Shown piece by piece: positions 10,559-24,238 of a stretch of 64,000 nucleotides of DNA. The notes under the pieces were generated by a model. The model was not told the origin of the DNA. It was given only the letters and a program-made list of their open reading frames with translations, and ran no database searches. Positions within the stretch are counted from its first letter, which is position 1, and each line of letters begins with the position of its first letter. Origin of the DNA: Azolla caroliniana (Eukaryota > Plantae > Polypodiophyta); NCBI GenBank assembly GCA_043228905.1, contig JBHGNT010000017.1, positions 2,976,001-3,040,000 on the forward strand, written 5' to 3'. Both the position numbers and the translations under genes were made by a program.

Positions 10559-10860
10559 TGTCGCGAAGATTCTCGAGCTTCTTGTCCGGGCGGGACTACA
10601 GGGGTCTCAAACTAGGGAGTGAGCACGAGCACACCACCACACACCACACACCACATGAACCAAGGACCAAGTACCATGAAAGTGAACCGCACTAACACCA
10701 CGAACCTCGAAACATCCGAATAGCAAGCACACGGGCTCGCAAAGACGAACGGGGTGCAACGCCGAACTAGCGAGCCTCAGGCTCATGAGCACCGCCAACA
10801 ACTCAAGCACTTTGAGTGCCAACACCAACACAAGGTCGCGGACACACCTCAAAGAGGAGA

Positions 10861-10921
<61 letters not shown>

Positions 10922-11368
10922 AGAGTTCAAGCACCTCAAGAAACCCCAAAAGAAAGAAGAGAAGAAAAAGTAGTAGAAGCAAAAACCCTAGTATGGTGAG
11001 GAGAAAGAAGGAGCCCTAGATACCAGCCTAGAGGAAGATGAGAGAAGAACCCATTAACCCTAAACCCAAGATGAAGTAGGAGTAAAGAAACTAGTTAGGG
11101 AAACCCTAACGACACACCTCCAACTCAAGATGAGGGACCACCAACCCTCGAAAAGAAAAGAAAGGAAGATGAACATGAAACCCTAATGGTCTACCTCTAA
11201 AGCCCAAAATGGCCGACCCTAAATAAATCCTCTTCTCCCATTATAGAATAAAAGAGGCGCCTCTCTCAACATTAAATGCATTGGCTATTTATTCCCTTCA
11301 AAAAGTAATTGACCTGTGAAACCTCCCTTTTCCTCGTTTTCCACCTTTGGCCATGCCACATCACGACA
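10559..11368 (-). mobile_element. Solo LTR (810 bp), TGTCG...CGACA group
   Basis: Termini tgtcgcgaag and tcacgaca. Flanks CCGT and CCAT. Removing it with a 4-bp TSD restores the host RT frame (STPMTVP). Contains (GA)n. Confidence 0.82.
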
Positions 11369-11627
11369 CCATCATAGGAGTCGAGATTGTCTTGCAATCA
11401 ACCATCTCGAACTTTTGAAGAATATCATCCACCAATTTTCGTTGTGTTAAGGTTAGAGTTCCTTCTATGAGATTGAGTTACCTTGATTCCAAGACAATAT
11501 TCGAGAGGTCCAAGATCTTTCATCGGGAACTTCTCTTTTAATCGATTTATTGTCTTCCTTATTGAAGCGATAGAATTAGAAGTAATCAGTAAATCATCCA
11601 CATAAACATGAATAATTACATAGACAG

Positions 11628-12879
11628 TGTTACCATATAGGTGTACGGGAGGGTTAAGGTGTATTATGTAAGGTGTAATGTGTAACATGAAATGTTAATG
11701 TGTAAGTGTGAGGAAGAGTGTGTACACATGCACATTTGGCTTTTTGTGTGCATGTGTACAAATGTGAGAGACAGGAGTAAGTAGGTGTAATACCCCCATT
11801 TGGCTTTTTGTACTGTCTTCATCTTGTACTATATAAACCCCCCACCCATGGTGCATGAAAAACAGGGAAGAATGATAGTGAAGTTACCCCCCTCAATTTG
11901 TGTCTGATTTTCCCACTCATTCTCTCTTGGTGTGTGTGTATCTCTCTCTCTCTCTTGCCTAACGTTCAAACCCCCTTGGGAGGGGGGTGGAGTCGTTCTT
12001 GGCTCCAGCCCCCACCCATCAACACATGGCATGTCCTAAAGCCGACCCTCCCAAGAGAAGAAGTCTCTCTCTCACCGTGTTTGTCTATGCAGGATACACT
12101 CACTCTCCCTCTCCATCACTAATCTCTCTCTCCCTCTCTGCATGTTTGTTAGCCTCTATGTTAGAGAGTGTGGTTTGTGCATGGACGCTCTGTGTGAGAG
12201 CCAACCTGCGATGGCTATGGCAACAGAGCAAGAAGAACACCTATTAGATTTGGAAATCATCTATTCATCCTCTCTCTCTTTGATACTCCCGTGAAAAAGA
12301 AGGCTATGCATATAAACAATGTACCTAGTGTTGCAACTATTGCTTATAGTCTTGATAAGAAGGCTATAAGCGTTGGTATTTGTGCATCACAACCTCATCT
12401 TGAAACGTGTTGTTGCTATTCAACATGAGAGGCAAACAGAGCCGACTGACAACTAGTTGGACAACGACAGTCGGATAGAGAGATAGTTGGCTATAGAAAT
12501 AGTCGGCGGCCAGAGATGGCCTAGAAAGCTGGCGAGAAGAGCTCGGGCCAGCTAAGATAGCCAGAGAGCTCGGCCGAGACAATGGACCAAATGGGGTTGG
12601 CCGGACAAACGGTCTGGACACTGTCAGACAAAGACGGGTGACACGAAAACAACCATAGATAAAGTCGGACAGCCGAGTGATATCCGGCCGAGAGAGTGAT
12701 GGCCGAGGGACAACTGTTTGAGCGCCATCTGAGAGATGGTCGAGCTAGTGACAACTAAGGACAACCATTCGAGCGCCAATTTAGGTCATATTCTCATTCT
12801 CTCTCGGTGCGTCTCTCTACCTTTGTCCCCACGCATATAAACCCCCTTGGGAGGGGGGTGGAGCCACCACCCATCAACA
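11628..12879 (+). mobile_element. Small non-coding LTR element (TRIM/LARD-like) with full 5' LTR and partial 3' LTR
   Basis: LTR 11628-12024 ends cccatcaaca and the same end recurs at 12879. PBS-like tggcatgtcc at 12027. Degenerate TSD GACAG/GATAA. Confidence 0.6.
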
Positions 12880-13251
12880 GATAACGCCTTCCTTGCGAAT
12901 ATAGATATCCGGTTCGGCTTGAAGAGGAATGAAACCGATAGAAATAAGGTAAGTATGTATTTGAAATGGCACATCTGCAAAGATTGTTTTAGACCATACA
13001 ATGATTTGTGGAGTTTACAAACATAGTTCGAAAATTGAGGATCTAAAAAATGACTTGGTTGCTCCATATAAATCTCCTCCTCGAGACCTCCATGTAGAAA
13101 AGCGGTCTCAATATAGAGATGATGGAGTTCGAGGTTAAGGCTAATAGAAATTGAGAACATTAACCGAAGAGGCACCATCTTTAAGGTAGGTGCAAAAGTA
13201 TCTTTAAAATCTATGCCCAGGATTTGTGAAAATCCTCTAGCAACAACACGT

Positions 13252-14383
13252 TGTTGTGAAGTACGAAAGCTTCACATTAAAAGTCTACTGTAATAAGATA
13301 AATACGTAACTAAAATAAAATAAACGTTGATAATATTTTATACATAAAGATAATATTAACAACACACAGTATGATAATATTATACATTATATGTAGAGGT
13401 AAATAAATAAATATATATGTTATATTACATAAACGAAAGAGGACTTGAGCTAACAAACCCCGCCTTATGATACTCAAACCTTACCATTTAGCCTAACTAA
13501 TAATTTATAAGAGATTATATGCGTTCTTTTATTTGAAGTAATATTTTATAGTCTAAACCATGTAATATACTACATGCACACCATATAGCATATCACATGG
13601 GCAAAAGAGGACTTGAACCAACAACCCCAACCTTATGGCATTCAAATCTTACCATTTAGCCTATACTTGTGATATATAATATGTTGTACTATTGTATGAT
13701 TTAAACCATGAAATGTACTTACTACATGTGCACCATATAGCACACATGCAAAAGCCTCTCTACATGTGCACCATATAGCACACATGCAAGAGCCTCTCTG
13801 CATGTGCGCCACATGGCCCACATGTAGAAACCATCTCTTCCCTATAAAAGGAGAAGGGAGTATGGTCACAAGGGATATCAAGGAATTGATCAATCATATT
13901 GAATAGAATTATTGTATGGAATTGAGCGAAATTATATTGTAAGAGATATCATAATAGAGAAACAGGGAGAGAAGGTAAAAGCTATATTCAATCTTCAAAA
14001 GACAAGAGAAGAACTAGTTTGGCGACGGTGGTGCTCAACTCGCAACGAAAAGGTGGAGGTTCGAGTCTTATCCTCATCGAAAGATAGAAGGGAAGATAGT
14101 GGTCTACTATCAAGAAAGAGAAGAGCGACTACCTTGTGAGACAAAGTTCGATGGTTCAACAACGCCTGCAACCATTTTGTAACTCTTTCATGAAATAATT
14201 ATAAATTTCTTACATTCCCTCAATTATCCCTTTACATCCTATCTTGTCATATCTTGTTGATCACTATTTATCTATTTCTACTCTTTCGTCTCTTCTGTCC
14301 AAAATCCCAATGATTCCTTCCTCACTTTCACGTTATCTTCTGTCGACGCAACGCTACGCTTCTAGGCAAGCCACGCCACGACA
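13252..14383 (+). mobile_element. Solo LTR (1132 bp), TGTCG...CGACA group
   Basis: Termini tgttgtgaag and ccacgaca. Perfect 4-bp TSD ACGT (13248-13251 and 14384-14387). Removal restores host FKARVVARGFSQ. TATA near 13843; internal U3 repeats. Confidence 0.88.
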
Positions 14384-14925
14384 ACGTGCCTTAAATCAAA
14401 CCACAACGCCATGGGCGTTAGTTTTCTAGGTAAGGACCCATTTGCATGAAATGACATTTCGATCTTGGGGGCATGGAACTAAGGTCCAAGTCTTATTTCG
14501 ATTTAAAGCACCCATTTCGGCTTGCATTGTGGCCTCCCATTGTGTAGCATCGTGACCATGAGGGGCCTTCTCTAGTGGTAAGTCAAAAACTTGATCATGA
14601 TCATCCATAAAGTCATCATCAATATCATTATTGTCGACATCAACCAATAACATTTCAATTGGTTCAGTAATCTCCATAAGCTCATTAATATTCTTAAATT
14701 TTCTTTTGATTGTAGGTTTTCTTCATTTTAATTGTTGAAAATACTCTTCATCCTTAATATTTGAGTGTGGTGAAGCACTAAGAATTGAGTTCTTAGAGAA
14801 ATTTGCATGTGAGACATCCTTATTAGTTCCTCTAGGGTCGTTGAAATTATCAGCAACTTTAGGGGAGATATCAAGAGAGGATGAAGACAACAAAACATGA
14901 GCTAGAGTTGATTGACTTTCTTTAA

Positions 14926-17106
14926 CATGTTCGCGTTCACAAGTGGAAGGACCGTGCACAAATGGAAGGATAAAGAATATTTCATCTAATCTTGGGGCAT
15001 TTTTGGCCATTTCACAAAACACCTTGATACCAGTATCACATGTTCTCGAAAACTTGATAAAAATGCTAAAAATTTCACCATTTGCTAAAATTGGGAATTG
15101 TCAAAATTTGGCCAAATACGAAAACTAACTTTGTGTATTTTAAAGGAAAAATGACAACTACTAATTTTTTAGATCTTAAAGAAATCAAAAGCAAAAGATT
15201 TCAAAACAATCAGCTTTTATCATTGAATAAAATGTTGTCTAAATCTGTTACATATCTTGCACAAAATATATACATTCATGAGTTATTTGCATCACGGTAA
15301 TGACTCCGTTCATGAGAGTCACTATTATAGCTAATATACAATTATGACTCTTCATCCTCATTTTCAAATGTACCAATCAAAGCATTTTCTTCATCTAAAA
15401 CCAGATGGTGTCTCCAAATTATGTGCACTAAATCTGGTTCACCTTCAATCTAGGACACCTTCTAAACTTGGTAATTTCTCTTTTATTATTTCTATCGTTG
15501 ACATCCTTAAACATCCAACTTTTGTCAGTGTAAAGTCATACACAATTATTACCTTCGACACAGTTATTCCAAAAACAAATATTTCATTACAATTTGATAC
15601 AATGTAACGAATTTAGATTGCAATACAATTTGATACTCAGGTTCAAAATGTTTTGATCACAATTGGTTGGATTCTTAGTATCGAGTTCAGGTTTAACGTT
15701 TATTTTTATTTTTATTTCTGTAACTATCGAATTGTGATGAAAGCATCACAATTCAAAACCTAAATTGGATACTAACTCAGATTGTGATGAAAACACTCTA
15801 TTTTCATCACAACTCAATACTAAGTATCGAGTTCAAGTTCAAAGGTTTTTTTTTTTCCAATTTTTTTCCAATTTTTTGAAAAAGAGTTGAAAACAAATTG
15901 GAAACAAATAATCTTTAAACCTAGTATCGAGTAGTGATGGAAATAGAGTGTTTTCATCACAATTCGATACTTAGTCTTGAATTCAGGTTTCGAATTGTGA
16001 TGCTTTCATCACAATTCGATACTTACGAAATAAAATAAAATAAAAAACTTTAAACCTGAACTCGATACTAAGTATCGAATTGTAATGAAAACAACCTATT
16101 TTCATCACAATTCAATACTTAGTATCGAATTCAAGTTTCAAGAATTGTGATATTTTCATCACAATTCGATACTTAGTACCGAATTTAGGTTTAAAGTTTT
16201 GAATTATTATTTTTTTCGAAATAAAATAAAAACTTTGATCCTAAGTTTGATACTAAGAATCGAATAGTGATGAAAACACTTTGAACCCGAGTATCGAATT
16301 GTACTGCCATCTGAATTCGTTACATTGTATCGAATTGTACTGAAATCTCTGTTTTAAAAATAATTGCGTTGATGGTAATCATTGTGTATGACTTTACACC
16401 AACAAAAGTTGGATGAGCAAGTGACTTTCATTCACATGAGGATTAAAGCCTTAACGTTTTCACCATGGATCGCATGAACCAATTCCTCCATTAATTGGTG
16501 AACTTAGGGAGCTTATTGATTTGGTTCAGGAGCTAGTAGAGGACCCTACTATTGCTATGCTATGTGGGGTAGATACTATTGCACAAATTTTCGAGGAGAG
16601 TTCTCAAAAGGAAGAAGAGGAGAGCAGTGTGGATAGCCGAATAACTGTGTGATATGTTTGAAGGATGCATTAACGTTCACATCTAGGTTTTTGACAGTTT
16701 TGATAGTTCATGAATATTGTGTACATTTTTGGATTTCTGACTTTATGGATGTTGATGAGCACTAAATTTATAGATGTTGATGACACTTCTAGAACCTACA
16801 TCTCCTCAAGATAGTAAAACCATTAATCTTTTTTTTCTCTTTGAGTTAACCATTTTAATTGTCCTTAAGTTAACCATATTTCATATCTGCAGACCATCAA
16901 CATTTAAACATTTATCGAAAAACTATTGAATTTTAGAAATGATCATTTCGACACTTTTTAAATCTCAAAAAAGCGGCGAATTTTATATGTTATTTACGAC
17001 ATGTGATACTGGTGTATCAACTTTCTGAAAATTGCCTAAAATCACAAATTATAAAAGGAATCTAATAATGGAATGCGCGATCCTTCCACTTCTAAACACG
17101 AACTTG
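14926..17106. mobile_element. Non-autonomous TIR DNA transposon, hAT-like
   Basis: TIR catgttcgcgttcacaagtggaaggaccgtgca versus reverse complement caagttcgtgtttagaagtggaaggatcgcgca. Subterminal inverted match accagtatcacatgt. 8-bp flanks ttctttaa and ttctttgt (6 of 8 identical). Confidence 0.7.
15512..16415. mobile_element. Foldback/MITE-like element with long inverted arms and arrays of catcacaattcgatact motifs
   Basis: catccaacttttgtcagtgtaaagtcatacaca at 15512 is the inverted counterpart of 16383-16415. Arms extend more than 150 bp. No clear TSD. Confidence 0.8.
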
Positions 17107-17678
17107 TTCTTTGTTCATTTGATGAAGTTTGTCCATCAGTGAATTTGATTGTTGTTGTTGTTGTCCACCATCTTCATCTTTACTTGATTGATTTGGATGG
17201 TAGTGGCGGACACTCGATTTAAATGGAATTTGATGATGATAATGTGTTACTTCACTTTGAATTGTTGCATCCTCAACAAGCTTTTGCACTCGTTCTCTAG
17301 TAATAGTGCCTTTGTGCTCTTTTCTATGCGAGATATTCAAAGGCATTAGCAAGTTTGTATTAATATTTTGATGAGAATGTTCTACCTTGGTAGGGAGATT
17401 TGATAAGAGACCCTCCTTATCGAATGTAACCGATCGACTAAATAAAAATTTCTTTGTCTTGAGATCAAATAATTTGTAGGCTTTGACTTTGGTCGATTCT
17501 CTATAACCAACAAAAATTCCTTTTCTAGCATGTGGATCTAATTTTCTCCTTTTCTCTTGTGGAATATGATCGTATGTCGTGACACCAAATACAGAAAGGT
17601 GCGAAAGATTTGGTTTATCATCAAAGCACATTGCATATGGAGTATTCAAACCAAGAGCTTTATGAGGTGATTGGTTTT

Positions 17679-20600
17679 TGTTGAGAATCAAGCTCAACTT
17701 GGTCTAGTGTGTGAACTCACCTTGAGAGTGAATAGACACTCCAACGGTCAAGAGTCACCATTATGTCACCTCTTTGTATTCTAGCATTTAGTATGAGTCA
17801 TAGAATCATATTCTATGACACATAACTTATGAGCTTTCACATTCCCTATGCTCCATGAGTCTTGTAGTTAATGAAGAGAGAGGGTGACTATATAAAGCAC
17901 CCTCCTCCCACCTTGTATTGTGTTGAGTCTTTCTCCTTTGTTAATATACTTTTACCTTGCGTATTCTCTGTGTCTTATTCCTTGTCTCTCTCACTCACTC
18001 ACTCTCTCTCATACACACACATAACTCATATCTCTTCCGCTTCACAAGAATCCATATCCGATTCTTTACATGGTATTAGGGCGATTTGGTAGCTCGATCT
18101 AGCACATTCGCCTCATCGTGATCGTGTGTTGTGCTCCACGCTTACGACCAAGAACCAGCTCATCGCTATCGTAGCTTCGCTACATGGCTCGCATTCAAAG
18201 AGAGAAGAAGAAGAAGAAGAAGAAGAATCGACATAATGAATCCTCAAATGGGGAGCGCTCTCCCTACCGAGAAGTTGGATCGAAACAACTTCGCATCTTG
18301 GGAGTACAAGATGCACCAATACCTTGTCAGACAAGGCTATTGGAGCTACATCAAAGGAGCGCATGAAGACCGACCCGCCGAAGCGGCTCCCGGATACGCG
18401 ACATGGGAGCAAGCCGCAAGCCGCGTGATGTATTGCTTGGTGACATGTGTTCACGATCACATGCTCGGCTACAATCGCGAAGCCAAGACGCCAAAGGAGG
18501 CATGGGAAAATATATGAAAGATTTTCGCGGCAAACACGACCCCGAGGAAGCTTCAACTCCGCCAAGAGTTGAACAACATTCAACAAAGGGACATGTCCAT
18601 CACGACATACACCTCGAAGATCAAGGAGCTTTGCGATTCGCTCGGCTCAATAAGCGTAAATATCGATGATGATGAGATGGTTCAAATATGCCTCTGCGGC
18701 CTCGCACCACGGTTCGGCACAATGCAAACCGCCGTTCTAGCACGGGAGAAATCTCCCTCCTTCTTTGAGCTCCAATCAATGCTATTGGTCAAAGAAAACC
18801 ACATGCGTACAAGGAGCAATGAGTCAGAAGGCCACATGCTCTACACGCACTCGAACGGAGGAAGAGGACGCGGACGGTCGAGAGACCGATTCGGCCAAGG
18901 ACAAGGCGGACGAGGTCCGACCTACGATAACAACTCCCAATTTCAGCCGCAAAATGGAAGCCAACGAGGAACCTTCGCAAGAAGGGAGAGCTTCCACTCC
19001 GGCCCGAGCCATCAAAACGCAACCGAATGCGGATATTGCGGAAAGCTCGGCCACCACGAAGAAGAGTGTCGAAAGAAGATGCGTGAATCGGCTTCCACAA
19101 GCCGACAACTCACGAATTACACGCACAATTCCAACTACGAAGAGTATAGCGGAATGTACGGGCACAACTCCGACTACGAGGATCGTGGCGGAATGTACGC
19201 ATAGAACTCTGTCTGTGGCGGAATGTTCATGATGAAACATAGAGCAAACTCTATGTCGGCCTCTACCTCAACTAGTGCCCTCAATCCGGAGGACGTATGG
19301 TTTGTTGACTCCGGAGCCTCAAACCATATGACATCTCATAAAGAATGGTTTCTCGAACTTCGAGAGCCGGAGCGACCCGGTTATGTCGAAACCGGAGATG
19401 ACACTACGCACCCGATTCAGCACATCGGCAATGTTCCGTTTGGAAAAGAAGGTAAGCAAAATTACATTAAAAATGTCTTGCATGTACCGACCATTACGAA
19501 GAATTTGGTCTCCGTCGGCCAAATTGTAGAGCAAGGGATGCAAGTTCGATTAAATAAAGGCGGTTGCTTCATCGAAAAAGAGGGCCAACTCATCGCACGC
19601 GGACGAAGAGAGGGTCAATGGTTCATTCTCGACCCACACGAGATGAAATCGGCCATGTTCGCAAAGGGCATGAAAGCCGACTCCAACATAGAGTTGTGGC
19701 ACAAGCGAATCGGTCACATCAATCTCAACAAACTCAAAGCAATGAAATCGAAAGGAGTCGTCATCGGACTCCCGACATTCAAAGAAAAGGAGATTGAAGG
19801 TGTATGCAAAGCGTGCCAATTCGGCAAGCAACACCGACACCCATTCCCAAAAGAGCGGAACGTGAGCAAAGGTCTACTCAACGTAGTCCATTCCGACGTA
19901 TGGGGACCGGCGTCTTGGCGGATGCCGATACTACATGCTCTTCATCGACGACTTCTCTAGGCACACTTGGATCTACCCGATGCGGCAAAAGAGCAAAGTG
20001 TTCGGACACTTCCAAACATTCAAGAATGAAGTCGAGAAAGCCACGGGCCGACATGTACGTTGCCTTCGATCGGATGGCGGCAAGGAGTACTTCTCGGACG
20101 ATTTCACAGCGTATCTCCGAAAGGAAGGAATTCGGCGAGAATTCACTTGCTGACACACTCCGCAACAAAACGGGGTAGCTGAGTGCAAAAATCGACACAT
20201 CCTCGAAGTAGCGCGGGCTATGATGAACGAGAAGCATATGCCCAAGTCATATTGGGCCGAAGCTACAAATACGGCCGTCTACCTAATAAACCGGTGCACA
20301 ACATCCGGCGTGCACGAGGTCACTCCGCACAAAAAATACTTCGGAAAGAAGCCGGACTTATCGCACACCCGGATATTTGGCGCGATAGCGTACGTGCACA
20401 TCCCCGACGAGCAATGTCAAAAGCTTGACCCAAAGTCGGAGAAATGTATCCTAATAGGATACTCACTAGAGAAAAAGGGGTACAAGTGCTACAACCCTTC
20501 AACTCAAAAATCTCAAGTAAGTCGAGACGTCGTTTTTGACGAGTCCGCATCTTGGTACACACCAGAGACGACTTCGACCTCGACTCCGCTCGACCCGGAA

Positions 20601-23184
20601 TTCGTCGAACAAGAAATAGAGGATGAAGATCATTTTACACGCATGTTCGAAGAAAGTCCAATCACTACCTGACTGAGCGGACCACAAGAGCCTTTGAGCG
20701 ATCAAAGCACATCACAGCCTAGCCCGAAGATGGACAAAGGCAAGGCAAAAATGGCGGAATACGCAGACGATCGCTTCGACGACGATGAGTCGACTCACTC
20801 ACTCGACAGTGAGTTCGACAGCTTCGATGAACCAATCGGAGCTAAGAAAGCCCTCATCTCTGCAAATTAAAAGCTCCGTCCCTCCACCTGTGAAAAGAAT
20901 CCGGTCAGCCGATTCGGCTACAACGACTACATGGCATATCACTATGCCTTTATGATGCAAGTGGCGACAGTACGCGAGCCGGAAACATTTTCCGAAGCAG
21001 CCAAGGATCCGCGATGGATTGAAGCCATGAACGAGGAGATGCAGGCACTATGCAAGAACGAGACATGGGATCTCATTCCCATCTCACCACACAAAAAGGC
21101 GATCGGATGCAGATGGATTTAAAAAGTGAAGTACAACGCTGACAGTTCCGTCAACCGCTACAAAACGCGACTCGTAGCGAAAGGTTACGCCCAAACTCAC
21201 GGAGTTGACTACGAGGAGACCTTTGCCCCGGTGACAAAGATGACGACGGTGCGAACCGTAATTGTGCTTGCCGCGGCGAAAGGGTGGCACCTCCATCAAA
21301 TGGACGTCAAGAACGCCTTTCTACAAGGCGAATTAGAAGAGGAGGTGTACATGATACAACCACCCGGCTTCAACTCGAGCACCCATCCGAAAGCGGTATG
21401 CCAACTCAAGAAGCCACTCTACGGCCTCAAGCAAGCACCGCGTGCTTGGCATTCGAAGATAATGCAATATCTTCATCAAATCGGCTTCCGTATGTCAAAA
21501 TCGAACAACTCCCTCTACATACGAAGCAATTCCACAAGTCCGATCGTCATCTTATATGTGGATGACCTAGTCATTGGAGGTGAGCATCTCGTCGAAATCA
21601 ATAACGTCAAATCCCTCCTTTCCGATAAGTTCGAGATGACGAACATGAAGGAGCTCCACTACTTCCTCGGCATCGAGGTAATTCGGACTCCGGCCGGAAT
21701 CATGATCTCTCAATGGCACTACATCCTCAACTTGCTATACAAGTTCGGGATGGCTGAGTGCAAATCCACGGCAACCCCGCTCGATCGCAATCTCAAACTA
21801 GATGCGAACTATGGCACCAAAGTGTGCCAGCCGACTCAATATCGGCAACTCATCGGGAGTCTCATCTACCTCATGATCACACTACCCAATCTCAGTTATC
21901 AAGTTGATCTCCTTAGCCAATTCATGCAAACACCGCGTGATACTCACTTGGATTGCGCTAAGCGAGTTCTACGATACGTGAGCAGCACAATGGATTGTGG
22001 CATCCTCTACAAGACCGTGATGCCAATACAACTCGAGGGGTACACTGACGCCGATTGGGCCGGCTACAAAGCCGATAGAAGATCAACCTCCGGATTTGTT
22101 TTCTCCCTCGGCAGCGGAGCAATATCCTGGAGTAGCAAGAAGCAGCCTATCGTCGCTCTTTTGTGTACGGAAGCGGAATACAGGGGCGCAGCCGTAGCTG
22201 CGTGTCAAGTCGTATGGCTCAAGAGGATTTTGAAGGATTTGGGCGTACCCATCAAGGATCCGACTTCCCTTTACTGCGACAACATGAGCAGTATCTATCT
22301 GGCTTGGAACCCGATGTTCCACACGCGGACAAAGCACATCGAAGTGCACTATCACTTCATCCGAGAGCGCGTTCTAGCTGGCGATGTCGACCTACAACAC
22401 ATTAGTACAAATCTTCAAACGGCCGACATCTTCACTAAAGCCTTAGGAGCCAACAAGCTATGACAATTCATGACCCATCTCAGATTGACAATCCCTGACC
22501 TACCAAGCTTGAGGGGGAGTACTTAAGACATTACGCAATAACGCGTGGATTTCGCAAGCTGCACACACTACGCAAGAACGCGTGGATTACGCAACCACAC
22601 AACGAAGCCGCAAAGAGCCGATTTACCGCGCAAAGCCGCAAAGAAAGATGCAAGTCGAAGCACAGACTTCGCAACTACGCACAACGCAAGCTGGAGCACG
22701 TAAATGCGAGTCAACGCGGACTTCGGAACGCCAGTCGAAGCGGATTTCAGATACCGTCTGAAACCGACCTGGCTTGAGCTTGAGGGGGCGTGTTGAGAAT
22801 CAAGCTCAACTTGGTCTAGTGTGTGAACTCACCTTGAGAGTGAATAGACACTCCAACGGTCAAGAGTCACCATTATGTCACCTCTTTGTATTCTAGCATT
22901 TAGTATGAGTCATAGAATCATATTCTATGACACATAACTTATGAGCTTTCACATTCCCCATGCTCCATGAGTCTTGTAATTAATGAAGAGAGAGGGTGAC
23001 TATATAAAGCACCCTCCTCCCACCTTGTATTGTGTTGAGTCTTTCTCCTTTGTTAATATACTCTTACCTTGCGTATTCTCTGTGTCTTATTCCTTGTCTC
23101 TCTCACTCACTCTCTCTCTCTCTCATACACACACATAACTCATATCTCTTCCACTTCACAAGAATCCATATCCGATTCCTTACA
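17679..23184 (+). mobile_element. Full-length but decayed Ty1/copia (second family)
   Basis: LTRs 17679-18070 and 22791-23184. TSD GTTTT/ATTTT. Degenerate PBS tggtattagggc; PPT gagggggcg. Gag CGYCGKLGHHEEEC, protease FVDSGASNH, integrase, RT LYVDDL and RNase H, with several stops and a frameshift. Confidence 0.95.
21126..22463 (+). pseudogene. RT-RNase H region of the second copia
   Basis: QMDVKNAFLQG, LYGLKQAPRAW, LYVDDL, YTDADWAG, CDNMSSI, TKHIEVHYHF; bounded by premature stops. Confidence 0.9.
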
Positions 23185-23854
23185 ATTTTGAAGGTAGCAA
23201 GCGGTTGTGATTGCCTCTTGCCAAAATGTGCAGTCGCGCAACTTGTAGCATACTCCGACTAGCATCCAAGAGTGTTCGGTTCTTACGTTCGACGACTCCA
23301 TTTTGTTGTGGATAATAAGGAACGGTATGTTCAAGCCTAATGCCATGCTCTTGACAAAACTTTATCCATCCATGTGAGAATATTCACCACCATTGTCCGT
23401 TCTTATTGTGTTTATTTTACTTTGACATTGATTTTCTACATAAACTTTATAAGTTGTGAAAGCATTAAAAGCCTCGGATTTTGCTTTCAAGAAATATATA
23501 ATTGTGAATCTTGTATGCTCATCAATAAACGAAATAACGTACTTGTTACCATCCAATGACGTAGTCGGCATTGGTCCACATAAATCCAAGTGAACTAATT
23601 GTAGCCTTCTTTCAGTTTGACTCGCACTATGTGGGAATTGTTGACAACTTTGCTTTCCGAAAATACAAGCTTCACATAATGGCAAGTGCCTAAAAGGTGT
23701 TGTCGGCATTCTGTCACTTAACTTCTGTATTTGAATGGTTTTCATCGACTTTGGATTCAAATGTCCAAGACGATACTGCCAAAGTAGGGTGGTATTGGTG
23801 ATGATGTTGCCTATGTTGTATGTGCGTCAATTTGTGTTTCCTCCATTTGAAGAG

Positions 23855-24238
23855 TGTTGAGAATCAAGCTCAACCTAGTATAGTGTGTGAACACACCTTG
23901 AGAGTGTATGAACACTCCAAGGTCAAAAGTCACCACTACTCTCTACACATTAAGTATGTGTCATTGAATCATATTCTATGACACATAACTAATGAGTTTC
24001 CACTTTTCCCATGACCGATGAGCTTCGTTAGTTAATGAATAGAAAGGGTGACTATATAAAGTACCCTCCTACTTTATAATGTGTTGGTTAATCTCCTTTG
24101 TAATATACAGTTCTCTTGCGTATTTCTATTTTTCACCTATCTTGTGTTTCTCTCCTCTTCTCTTTTCAAACACACACACACACACAACACACATCTCTAA
24201 CCTATTCCGTTGCACAGAAGCACCATCGATTCTTTACA
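23855..24238 (+). mobile_element. Solo LTR (384 bp) related to the second copia family
   Basis: Runs tgttgagaatcaagctcaac...tctttaca with a perfect TSD AAGAG. Confidence 0.92.

Noticed and set aside
10607-10999. ORFs with ERERER or SLSLSL runs
   Set aside because: Translations of a (GA)n microsatellite within a solo LTR.
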